Assembly: GCA_045538295.1 (NCBI GenBank)
Contig: JAZSRD010000101.1
Location: forward strand, 1-61,320
Direction: 5' to 3'
DNA length: 61,320 nt
DNA from: Eubacteriales bacterium
GTDB taxonomy: Bacteria > Bacillota > Clostridia > Oscillospirales > QAKW01
Below the pieces are notes generated by a model. That model made no database searches. It worked only from the letters and a program-made list of their open reading frames with translations, and was not told where the DNA came from. Both the position numbers and the translations under genes were made by a program. Shown piece by piece: positions 7,161 to 16,052 of the stretch; the stretch's first letter is position 1; each line of letters opens with the position of its first letter.

Positions 7161-7913
7161 TTATTCGTAATCAACCACATCTACCCAGGAAAGCAAAAAT
7201 TGCCGTTCCTCGGGTTTTCCCTTAACAGACTGAGAAGCCGCTACGATGGGCAGCCATTTTTGCACATACTGCTTGGCAGTATCGCTCTTTTGGCAGAAAA
7301 GATTCAAATATTTTTTAGCCAGTTCTTCTTTTCCCTGCAGGCAGAACAGCAGGTAGGTACGTGCCACATCGGCAGAGGCATTACCCTGGGTGGCATGGGA
7401 CCAGTCCAGAATATAAGGCGTACCGTCGGGTGTGATGATGATATTAGAGGGATTGAAGTCACCATGGCATACCTTGGTATGCTTTTTCATACCCTCCAGG
7501 CGGGTATGAAGTTCATACCGAGTGGTGGCATCCAACTCTGCCATGGAGATCTTCATATTCATTTTATCCTTAAGCTTGTTCAAATAAGGCGCCCGTTTGT
7601 TGTGCACACTGATCTGCAGATCCACGAATAATTCCAGATATTCATCCAGTTTATCGGGATTCTTTTCCATTAACTGGGCAAGGGTCTCACCCTCAATGTA
7701 ATCCGAAACGATCACCCAGCAGCCATCTTCCATGGTGGTAACTTCCAGTACATGGGGAATATTCAGGCCGGTTTCTTCCACACGAGCCTGATTTAATGCT
7801 TCGTTGAGAATATCGGACTTGGAAAAATCGGCATCAAAAACCTTTAAAGCACGGTCACCATCCCGATAAACGGTTTTATGGGTTCTTTGGGCAATAATAT
7901 TATCCAATTTCAT
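7161..7913 (-). CDS. APH/choline-kinase-like phosphotransferase family protein
   Basis: It carries the catalytic-loop motif HGDFNPSNIII and then ILDW. AAGGAGG lies 9 nt upstream of the ATG at 7913 (an alternative ATG is at 7922). It begins 5-14 nt after the adhE stop. Confidence 0.7.
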   Translation of the reverse strand: MKLDNIIAQRTHKTVYRDGDRALKVFDADFSKSDILNEALNQARVEETGLNIPHVLEVTTMEDGCWVIVSDYIEGETLAQLMEKNPDKLDEYLELFVDLQISVHNKRAPYLNKLKDKMNMKISMAELDATTRYELHTRLEGMKKHTKVCHGDFNPSNIIITPDGTPYILDWSHATQGNASADVARTYLLFCLQGKEELAKKYLNLFCQKSDTAKQYVQKWLPIVAASQSVKGKPEERQFLLSWVDVVDYE

Positions 7914-7927
7914 TTTCTGCATCCTCC

Positions 7928-10546
7928 TTATACATTCTCATGGGTGCCATAATAGGCGTTCAAGTACATTTGCTTGATCTCGCTCATCAACGGATAGCGG
8001 GGGTTGGCGCCGGTGCATTGGTCATCAAATGCCTGCTCAACCATATCGTCCAGGCGATCCAGAAATTCCTTTTCATCCACACCGTAATCTTTAATCGTCT
8101 TTTTAATACCAACCTTTTCTTTCAATTCATCGATCTTTTTGATCAGATTTTCTAATTTTTCTTCATCGGTCTTACCCTGAACGCCCAATGCATCGGCAAC
8201 CTCGGCATAGCGTGCTAAGGTATGGGGATGGTCATACTGGGAGAAGGTACCCATTTTGGCAGGAACTTCGCTGGCATTGAAGCGCAGAACCTCGTCGATC
8301 ATCAGTGCATTAGCAACGCCATGGGGCAAATGATAGAATGCACCCAATTTATGCGCCATAGAGTGGCATACACCCAAAAATGCATTGGCAAAAGCCATAC
8401 CTGCCATGGTGGCAGCGTTTGCCATCTTTTCCCGGGCAACGGGGTCGTTAACACCGTTATCGTAGGCACGGGGCAGATATTCAAAGATCATCTGCAGGGA
8501 GCGGATCGCCAGGCTATCAGTATAATCGGTAGCCAACATAGCAGCATAGGCTTCTAAGGCGTGGGTAACCGCATCGATACCGGAGGCTGCAGTAAGACCC
8601 TTGGGCGCATTCATATGCAGATCTGCATCAATAATTGCCATGTTGGGCAGTAATTCATAATCAGCCAACGGGTATTTTACGCCGGTGCTCTCATCGGTAA
8701 TAACAGCAAAGGGAGTAACCTCGGAACCGGTACCGGCAGAGGTGGGAACTGCAATAAAGTACGCTTTTTCGCCCATTTTGGGGAAGGTGTAAATTCTTTT
8801 GCGAATATCCACAAAACGCATGGCCATATCCATGAAGTCCGCTTCGGGATGCTCATAAAGAACCCACATGATCTTGGCGGCATCCATGGCGGAACCGCCG
8901 CCCAGCGCAATAATACAATCCGGCTTAAAGGAATTCATTTGTGCCGCACCTTCTTTGGCGTTTGCCAAGGTGGGATCGGGCTGTACGTTGGAGAAAGTGG
9001 TGTGGATAATACCCATTTCATCCAGCTTGTCGGTAATGGGTTTGGTATACCCATTCTCGAAAAGGAATGTATCGGTTACAATAAATACTCTCTCTTTGCC
9101 CAGTACATTCTTCAGTTCGTCAAGAGCAACAGGCAAACAGCCTTTTTTCATATAGATCTTTTGGGGTGCACGGAACCACAGCATATTCTCTCTCCTCTCG
9201 GCAACAGTTTTAATGTTCAGCAGGTGCTTTACGCCCACATTTTCGGAAACGGAGTTTCCGCCCCAGGAGCCGCAGCCCAAAGTGAGAGAGGGCGCCAATT
9301 TAAAGTTATAAAGATCTCCGATGCCGCCCTGTGCAGAAGGGGTATTTACCAAGATACGGCAGGTCTTCATCCGTACGGCAAAGGCATCTAATTTAGCCCG
9401 CTCGGTCACTGCATTCAAATAGATAGAGGAGGTATGACCAAAGCCGCCGTCGGCGATCAGCTGATCCGCTTTATCGAAGGCATCTTCAATGGAAGCGGCT
9501 TTATACATAGCCAGTACGGGAGAAAGTTTTTCATGGGCAAACTCTTCGCTGATCTCTACCGATTCCACTTCACCGATCAAGATCTTGGTGGTTTCCGGAA
9601 CAGTTACTCCGGCAAGGGCGGCAATCGTTACCGGCAGTTGTCCCACGATCTTGGCATTCAAGGCACCATTTACAATAATGGTTTTACGCACCTTTTCGGT
9701 TTCTTCTTCGTTCAGAAAGTAGCAACCACGATCGGCAAATTCCTTCTTTACGGTATCGTAAATGGAATCCAATACGATCACCGATTGCTCGGAGGCGCAG
9801 ATCATGCCGTTATCAAAGGTTTTGGAGTGGATAATGGAGTTTACTGCCAGTTTAATATCGGCAGTATCATCAATGATAGCGGGGGTATTGCCTGCACCAA
9901 CACCCAGTGCAGGGGTGCCGCTGGAGTATGCCGCTTTTACCATACCGGGACCGCCGGTAGCCAAAATAATATCGGACTCCTTCATAACAGTGTTGGTCAT
10001 TTCAAGGCTGGGCACATCGATCCAGCTGATGATCCCTTCGGGAGCGCCGGCAGCCACAGCCGCCTCCAATACGATCTGTGCGGCATGGATGGTAGAGCCT
10101 TTAGCACGGGGGTGAGGGCTAATGATGATACCGTTACGGGTCTTCAGTGCCAGCAAGGTTTTAAAGATTGCCGTAGAGGTGGGGTTGGTGGTAGGAATAA
10201 CTGCGGCGATCACACCGATAGGCTCGGCAATTTTGATGGTACCAAAGGCTTCGTCACGCTCAATCACTCCGCAGGTTTTTGTATCTTTATAAGCATTGTA
10301 AATATATTCAGAAGCGTAGTGATTTTTGATCACCTTATCCTCCACAATACCCATGCCGGTTTCTGCAACCGCTTCCTTTGCCAGAGGGATCCGCATTTTG
10401 TTTGCCGCAACGGCAGCAGCCTTAAAAATGGTATCTACCTGCTCCTGAGTATAGGTGGCAAAGAGGGCTTGGGCTTTGCGAACCCGAACCAGTTCTTCTT
10501 CTAACCGTTCCACACTGTCAACAATGATATGAGTATTATTTTCCAT
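7928..10546 (-). CDS. adhE: Bifunctional acetaldehyde-CoA/alcohol dehydrogenase
   Basis: The protein is 872 aa, with an N-terminal aldehyde dehydrogenase domain and a C-terminal iron-type alcohol dehydrogenase domain (GGGSAMDAAK). Confidence 0.95.
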   Translation of the reverse strand: MENNTHIIVDSVERLEEELVRVRKAQALFATYTQEQVDTIFKAAAVAANKMRIPLAKEAVAETGMGIVEDKVIKNHYASEYIYNAYKDTKTCGVIERDEAFGTIKIAEPIGVIAAVIPTTNPTSTAIFKTLLALKTRNGIIISPHPRAKGSTIHAAQIVLEAAVAAGAPEGIISWIDVPSLEMTNTVMKESDIILATGGPGMVKAAYSSGTPALGVGAGNTPAIIDDTADIKLAVNSIIHSKTFDNGMICASEQSVIVLDSIYDTVKKEFADRGCYFLNEEETEKVRKTIIVNGALNAKIVGQLPVTIAALAGVTVPETTKILIGEVESVEISEEFAHEKLSPVLAMYKAASIEDAFDKADQLIADGGFGHTSSIYLNAVTERAKLDAFAVRMKTCRILVNTPSAQGGIGDLYNFKLAPSLTLGCGSWGGNSVSENVGVKHLLNIKTVAERRENMLWFRAPQKIYMKKGCLPVALDELKNVLGKERVFIVTDTFLFENGYTKPITDKLDEMGIIHTTFSNVQPDPTLANAKEGAAQMNSFKPDCIIALGGGSAMDAAKIMWVLYEHPEADFMDMAMRFVDIRKRIYTFPKMGEKAYFIAVPTSAGTGSEVTPFAVITDESTGVKYPLADYELLPNMAIIDADLHMNAPKGLTAASGIDAVTHALEAYAAMLATDYTDSLAIRSLQMIFEYLPRAYDNGVNDPVAREKMANAATMAGMAFANAFLGVCHSMAHKLGAFYHLPHGVANALMIDEVLRFNASEVPAKMGTFSQYDHPHTLARYAEVADALGVQGKTDEEKLENLIKKIDELKEKVGIKKTIKDYGVDEKEFLDRLDDMVEQAFDDQCTGANPRYPLMSEIKQMYLNAYYGTHENV

Positions 10547-10677
10547 GTGCTTTTATCTCCTTATCAAACTTTTACTGTTTGCATTATATCAAACTCCTTT
10601 TCTTTTGAGAAATGCTATTTCGGCATAGATTTATGCCACAAAAGACATAGCCCCTGCATCATTGCAGAGGCTATTGT

Positions 10678-11601
10678 TTACATCATTTTATTTTTGGTTT
10701 TAGAAAGGATCTCCATAAATTCCCGATCCAGCTCGGTGAGGCGGTACCCTTGACGGTAGATCAGTACATCCTTATAAACACGCTGGTTTGCTGAACTGCG
10801 TTTTTGCACCAAACCAAACTGCCCCAAGGTTTCCGGTGCAATGGAAGACACCCACATAAATGCATTGGGCATACGCTGCAAAAGGGTAAATTGACTTGCC
10901 CGCTCATAAATATAGATCCGCTTATCCACATACTCCGAAAGCTCCGCTTTTTTTACGTCGATAAAGGGCAAGGAAGGCACATAGGGATCCGCATGGCAGA
11001 TTTCATAATACGGCGCCAGATCTTCCGGTGCAATATGTTTTTGTTCCGCCAAAGGATGATCCTTACTCATCAGCAATCGGTAAGAAAATTCCGCCACCGT
11101 TTCGCATACTAATTTCTTCTCTTGGAACTGATTATTGAAATATTGTTCAAAAGTTTCCTGATACCGCACGATCCCCAAATTAAACTCTTCTTTCACCACA
11201 TTGGAGATGGTACGCATGGAATTGGTTTCTTTATAATAAATATCCGCCGGTTCTTCGGTGCCCATGCCGGAGGCAAAGGTGGCGAAGGCTTCGGAGATAT
11301 AACTGGCACGGGGGCAGGAAAGGGAAAAATACTTTCGGTGGGAGCGCCCGTTTTGATACAGTTCTTCCATTTCGTCTACCTGGGCTATGATCCGTTTTGC
11401 ATATTGCAAAAATTCCTCTCCATCCGGCGTAATGGTGATCCCTTTCGTGGTACGGTTAAAGATAGTGATCCCCAGGTTTTCTTCCAATTCACGAATGGCA
11501 CGGCTCAAATTGGGCTGACCCATATAAAGATTTTCCGCCGCCTTACTGATGGACTTTGTTTTGGCTATTTCCACTGCATATTTTAAATGTACAATATTCA
11601 T
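10678..11601 (-). CDS. LysR-family transcriptional regulator
   Basis: The N-terminal HTH is LKYAVEIAKTKSISKAAENLYMGQPNLSRAIRELE. It has a 4-nt overlap with alr. Confidence 0.85.
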   Translation of the reverse strand: MNIVHLKYAVEIAKTKSISKAAENLYMGQPNLSRAIRELEENLGITIFNRTTKGITITPDGEEFLQYAKRIIAQVDEMEELYQNGRSHRKYFSLSCPRASYISEAFATFASGMGTEEPADIYYKETNSMRTISNVVKEEFNLGIVRYQETFEQYFNNQFQEKKLVCETVAEFSYRLLMSKDHPLAEQKHIAPEDLAPYYEICHADPYVPSLPFIDVKKAELSEYVDKRIYIYERASQFTLLQRMPNAFMWVSSIAPETLGQFGLVQKRSSANQRVYKDVLIYRQGYRLTELDREFMEILSKTKNKMM

Positions 11602-12713
11602 GATTTCCTCTGCTTTACAATTCTTGGAACCCGTTTACTGATCCCACAGATCAACTCATAGTGAATGGTGCCCAGTTCAGCGGCAAGTTCGTTAAAATCA
11701 ATGCCGCCGCCCATTAAAACAGCCTCATCCCCTGCCCGGCAGGGAACATCGGTTACATCTACCATCATTTGATCCATACACACATTGCCGATCACCGGTG
11801 CCGGCTTTCCATTGATCAGCACCACGCCTTTATTGGAAAGAGCCCGGGGGTACCCGTCGGCATACCCGGCGCATAGGGTGGCGATCCGCATGGTTTTATC
11901 GGTAGTATAACGGCGACCGTAACTAATATCCCGACCGGCGGGCAGTTCTTTTACAAAAGACACCAGGGTCTTCACTGTCATGGCAGGGCTAAAGGGATTA
12001 CTGCGTCCGCCCGGTTCATGCCCATAAAGTACAATTCCCGCCCGGATCATATCCAGGTGATATTTTGCATCTAAAAACGTGCCGGCGCTGTTGGAGGCGT
12101 GGCAAAGAGGGTGTATTCCGCTTTTTGCCAAAAGATCCCGCACCTGTAAAAATCGCATCAGTTGCGCCTCTGTATAGGCTTCTTCCCCATCAGTATCTGC
12201 TACTGAAAAGTGGGTAAACAGCCCCTCCAGCTCCACACCCGGAAGAGCGGCGACATTTTTTACTTCCTCCGCCGCCTTATGTGCATCAAAGGAATCAAAG
12301 CCGATCCGCCCCATTCCGGTATCCAAAGCCACATGGATCTTAACGGGGCAGCCGCAAGACACCCCTACCTTACTTAATTGCGCCGCATCCTCAGCCGAAA
12401 ACACCGTTTGGCTGATATTTTGTTCTGCCAGTACAGGAAACTGGTTAGCAGGGGTATAGCCCAAGATCAAAATAGGTTTTGTAATACCCATTCGGCGCAG
12501 TTCCATTGCCTCCTGCAGGCAGGAAACCCCAAAGAAATCTGCACCTAAACGGTCGAGGCAAGGCACAACATGGGTCACTCCGTGCCCGTAGGCATCGGCT
12601 TTCACCACTGCCATTACCCGAACCTGCTCCCCCACTTGGCGGCGAACGGTATTATAGTTTTTTTCAATGGCAGAAAGATCGATCTCTGCCCAGGTTCGTT
12701 TAAAATACTCCAT
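11598..12713 (-). CDS. alr: Alanine racemase
   Basis: It carries the PLP motif VVKADAYGHG and the N-terminus RTWAEIDLSAIEKN. The start is chosen at MEYFKR. Confidence 0.9.
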   Translation of the reverse strand: MEYFKRTWAEIDLSAIEKNYNTVRRQVGEQVRVMAVVKADAYGHGVTHVVPCLDRLGADFFGVSCLQEAMELRRMGITKPILILGYTPANQFPVLAEQNISQTVFSAEDAAQLSKVGVSCGCPVKIHVALDTGMGRIGFDSFDAHKAAEEVKNVAALPGVELEGLFTHFSVADTDGEEAYTEAQLMRFLQVRDLLAKSGIHPLCHASNSAGTFLDAKYHLDMIRAGIVLYGHEPGGRSNPFSPAMTVKTLVSFVKELPAGRDISYGRRYTTDKTMRIATLCAGYADGYPRALSNKGVVLINGKPAPVIGNVCMDQMMVDVTDVPCRAGDEAVLMGGGIDFNELAAELGTIHYELICGISKRVPRIVKQRKS

Positions 12714-14115
12714 TTTCCAGTTCCATCCAAGCATCATTTAAGTATTTGGCAATCTGCTCCGGCTGCAGGGTACGTACGCTATGCTCCTTACTTGCCAGGT
12801 GCGCCCCACGGTTGTGCAGATACACACCGGTTTTAACTGCAGAAAAAGAATCTATGCCGCCGGAAAGAATACCGGCGATCAACCCTGCCAGCAGATCACC
12901 GCTGCCACCCTTTGCCAGCGCCGAGCAGGGTGCGGACAAGATCTCTGTGCGGGTGCCATCGGTCACCAGCGTAGCTGCATCTTTCAGCACCAAAATCAAC
13001 TGATTTTCAGCAGCAAATTTTTCGGCAATCTTCAGGCGGTTTTTCCTAATTTCCTCTACCGGCAAACCGCAAAGGCGGGAAAATTCACCCAAATGGGGCG
13101 TAAGCACAGTAATGGCACTACGAGGTTTTAAGAAATTCTTTAAGTGCCACAAACCGTCCCCATCCACCACCAGGGGTAAATTCGTATCCCATAAGGATTT
13201 TACATCATCGGCAGCGGCAGGTGCACGCCCCATACCACTTCCTACTAAATATGCGTTACAAACAAGGGGAAAAACTTCGGTTTCGCCACGGAGCACCGGT
13301 CCGTAGAATTTAGCGGCGGCGGCTCTGCGAGGTTCCTCCGGCATGTATGCATAGACCAAGCCGGCTCCACTATTCAAAGCGCCGGTAATCGCCAAAGCGG
13401 CGGCACCGGGATATTCCGATGCGCCCACCCGCAAGCCTACGGCGCCGTAACTGTTTTTATGCCCCCACTCATTGCGTACAGGCAAAACCGGAGCCAGTTC
13501 CCAGCGGTTAATATTGGCAGCATAGTTTTGGGGAATACCAATATCTGCCAAAACCACCCTGCCACAATCGGCAAGGAGGTGGCAAGGCTTTTTAAAGGCG
13601 AAGGTCACAGTGAACTCCGGCAAAAGAGCACCCTGCGAAGAAACACCGCTATTACCATCCATGCCACTGGGCAGATCGATGGCCGCCACCGGCACCCGGA
13701 TCTTTGATAAAAGTTGCTGTACTTCCGCAGGGAGTTCCCCATGAAAGCCGGTACCAAAAATACCATCGATCACCAAGGGATAATCTCCGGGATCGGTCAC
13801 AAAGGGGATCCCCAGTTCCTTACATTTTTGATAATAGTATTCACAATCGGGAGAGCGCACGCCCTGCCCTACCGGCAAAATTGCCGGATGATAACGGGGG
13901 TGCAGCAAACATGCCAAAGCGTAGGCATCGCCGCCGTTATTCCCATTGCCTGCCAACAGCACTACACGATCACATCCATGCCGCTCCATCCAAGGGGCGA
14001 CCTCCCGATAAAGGGCTTCTGCCGCATTCTGCATCAGCTCCACGGAAGTGAACAGCCCCTCTTCAACGGTACGCAGGTCCATGGCTTTCATTTCATCGGG
14101 AGATACGATCTTCAT
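12700..14115 (-). CDS. nnr: Bifunctional NAD(P)H-hydrate repair enzyme (epimerase/ADP-dependent dehydratase, YjeF family)
   Basis: It has the two-domain YjeF architecture, with GNGNNGGDA in the N-terminal part and GSGDLLAG in the C-terminal part. Confidence 0.85.
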   Translation of the reverse strand: MKIVSPDEMKAMDLRTVEEGLFTSVELMQNAAEALYREVAPWMERHGCDRVVLLAGNGNNGGDAYALACLLHPRYHPAILPVGQGVRSPDCEYYYQKCKELGIPFVTDPGDYPLVIDGIFGTGFHGELPAEVQQLLSKIRVPVAAIDLPSGMDGNSGVSSQGALLPEFTVTFAFKKPCHLLADCGRVVLADIGIPQNYAANINRWELAPVLPVRNEWGHKNSYGAVGLRVGASEYPGAAALAITGALNSGAGLVYAYMPEEPRRAAAAKFYGPVLRGETEVFPLVCNAYLVGSGMGRAPAAADDVKSLWDTNLPLVVDGDGLWHLKNFLKPRSAITVLTPHLGEFSRLCGLPVEEIRKNRLKIAEKFAAENQLILVLKDAATLVTDGTRTEILSAPCSALAKGGSGDLLAGLIAGILSGGIDSFSAVKTGVYLHNRGAHLASKEHSVRTLQPEQIAKYLNDAWMELENGVF

Positions 14116-14594
14116 TGCAATTTTCCTCTGGCACGAACGGCAAATACGTCTAATACCGCCTGGGTGGGTTGGAATAAAATGCAGACTTTCTCCCCTTTAA
14201 GGGTTTGGGTGACCCAGTAATAAGCCGGTTCTTCCCCTTGATTAGATAAAAAAGAACGCACATTTTTTTGATTAGCGGGCATCCGCTCCATGGGGCCGTA
14301 CATCTCTGTTTTGGCAATATCTGCTTTTAACAGTTCCCGGCGGCGTTCTTTATTGATGATCTTAGCAAAGGAAATTTCATTTTCCAGCAAGGTATATTCC
14401 AGTTCATAAACAAAAGACAGAAACAAGCGATAGGCAAGATAGCAAAGACCGGCGCAAAGAAATACGCCGAGGATCCCCAAATACATGATCAGAAACACAC
14501 CCAACACCATTGGTGCAACGGTATAGACCGCCCGTTTCACCTGATCAAGAGGTGTCATTTTATAAGGTAATGAATATTCAATAAAGTTTTCCAC
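14112..14594 (-). CDS. Hypothetical membrane protein
   Basis: The ORF has two predicted TM helices and an ATGA overlap with nnr. I recognise no family. Confidence 0.6.
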   Translation of the reverse strand: MENFIEYSLPYKMTPLDQVKRAVYTVAPMVLGVFLIMYLGILGVFLCAGLCYLAYRLFLSFVYELEYTLLENEISFAKIINKERRRELLKADIAKTEMYGPMERMPANQKNVRSFLSNQGEEPAYYWVTQTLKGEKVCILFQPTQAVLDVFAVRARGKLQ

Positions 14595-14680
14595 CGTTTA
14601 TCAAAACCTCCAAATTTTGTTTTCTATTTATTTTATCACAATTTATGGATATTTTCAACCAACAAACTTATAAAAAACTA

Positions 14681-14709
14681 TTGATTTTCAAAAATGGCTG
14701 TGATAAAAT
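14681..14709 (+). promoter_or_regulatory. Putative sigma-A promoter for the pheST leader
   Basis: The sequence is TTGATT, 17 nt, then TAAAAT with an extended -10 TG (TGaTAAAAT). Confidence 0.5.
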
Positions 14710-14715
14710 GTTCTA

Positions 14716-14953
14716 AACGCCATGAACAAGCGTCAAAGATCCTGATCTCCCGCAATAAGAGAAAAAACGCCGTTGGCTGAAAGCGTTTTGGCAATGGAGC
14801 AGGGTTTATTTTCAACTTGGGAGCGGTGCCCTTGAAAGGGTAACGGATGCCAACCGTTAGCGTGGCAACGAGTGCCGTATTGTTACAATACGGAATTTGG
14901 GTGGTAACACGGGTACATACAGTTCTCGTCCCTTTTGGGGCGGGGCTTTTTTT
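14716..14953 (+). promoter_or_regulatory. T-box leader (tRNA-Phe responsive) upstream of pheS
   Basis: The conserved T-box sequence gaatttgggtggtaacacggg is at about 14893-14913. An AGAGA element lies in the 5' stem region. A candidate UUC-A specifier is in ttattttcaac. The terminator is ctcgtccc-tttt-ggggcggg plus a U-run (14925-14953). Confidence 0.75.
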
Positions 14954-14982
14954 ATTTTTAAATCAATGAAAGGATCAATATT

Positions 14983-16035
14983 ATGTCGGAAAAAACTGCA
15001 GCATTAAAGCAAAATTTTCTAAATTCTCTTGCAACGGTTGGCAATACGGAGGATCTGGAAAAATTAAGAGTGGAGTATCTGGGCAAAAAAGGCCTGGTTA
15101 CCGACTTAATGAAAGAAATGAAGTCCCTGTCCAACGAAGAAAAAAAGACCTTTGGACAGGCGGTGAATGTGCTGAAAAATGAGATCACCGAAACACTTGC
15201 CGCCAAACGGGAAGAGCTAAAGCAAAAGGAGATCGAGCTGGAAAACAGCCGGATGCCGGAATTTGATATTTCCATGCCCGCCAACCTAAACAGAGGCTCT
15301 TATCACCCTATCACATTAGTTCAGCGTCAATGTGAAGAGATCTTTAAGTCCATGGGCTTTGCAGTGGAGGATTACAGCGAGATCGTAACCGATTATGAAT
15401 GCTTTGAATCTTTAAACATTCCCAAAGACCACCCCGCCCGGGATATGCAGGATACTTATTACCTCACCAACGGTCAACTTTTAAAGAGCCAGACCTCGGC
15501 GGCACAAAATGCCATTTATAAAAAATACAAGGATGCATTAGTCAAGGAAGGCAAGCCCATTAAAGCCATTTTCCCCGGCCGGTGCTTCCGCAATGAAGCC
15601 ACCGATGCCTGCCATGAAAACACCTTCTTCCAAATGGAAGGGATTATGGTGGATAAAAACATTTCCATCTCCAACCTGATCTTCTTTATGAAGACCATGC
15701 TCTCGGAGGTATTCCAAAAAGACATTAAGGTTCGCCTGCGCCCCGGATTTTTCCCCTTTGTGGAGCCTGGCTTTGAGCTGGACATCAGCTGCCTGATCTG
15801 CGGCGGCGAAGGCTGCCCCTCCTGCAAGCACAGCGGCTGGCTGGAGCTATGCCCCTGCGGCATGATCCACCCCGAAGTGTTAAAGGCAGGCGGTATTGAT
15901 CCCGAAGAATATACCGGATTTGCTTTTGGTTTGGGGTTGACTCGTTTGGCTATGATGAAATACGGCATCAAAGACATTCGTGACCTGAACAGCGGCAACC
16001 TGAAAAGTCTTAACCAATTTACCGACGACGAATAA
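14983..16035 (+). CDS. pheS: Phenylalanine--tRNA ligase alpha subunit
   Basis: The 350-aa protein carries class II aaRS motifs (FPGRCFRNE, GFAFGLGLTRLAM). Confidence 0.95.
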   Translation: MSEKTAALKQNFLNSLATVGNTEDLEKLRVEYLGKKGLVTDLMKEMKSLSNEEKKTFGQAVNVLKNEITETLAAKREELKQKEIELENSRMPEFDISMPANLNRGSYHPITLVQRQCEEIFKSMGFAVEDYSEIVTDYECFESLNIPKDHPARDMQDTYYLTNGQLLKSQTSAAQNAIYKKYKDALVKEGKPIKAIFPGRCFRNEATDACHENTFFQMEGIMVDKNISISNLIFFMKTMLSEVFQKDIKVRLRPGFFPFVEPGFELDISCLICGGEGCPSCKHSGWLELCPCGMIHPEVLKAGGIDPEEYTGFAFGLGLTRLAMMKYGIKDIRDLNSGNLKSLNQFTDDE

Positions 16036-16052
16036 GAAAGGAGCAACGAACC

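Noticed and set aside
9434-10504. A 356-aa plus-strand ORF, with several smaller ones, lying inside adhE.
   Set aside because: It is the antisense shadow of a very well conserved 872-aa enzyme gene. It has low-complexity, Gly/Arg-rich composition, no RBS and no recognisable motifs.
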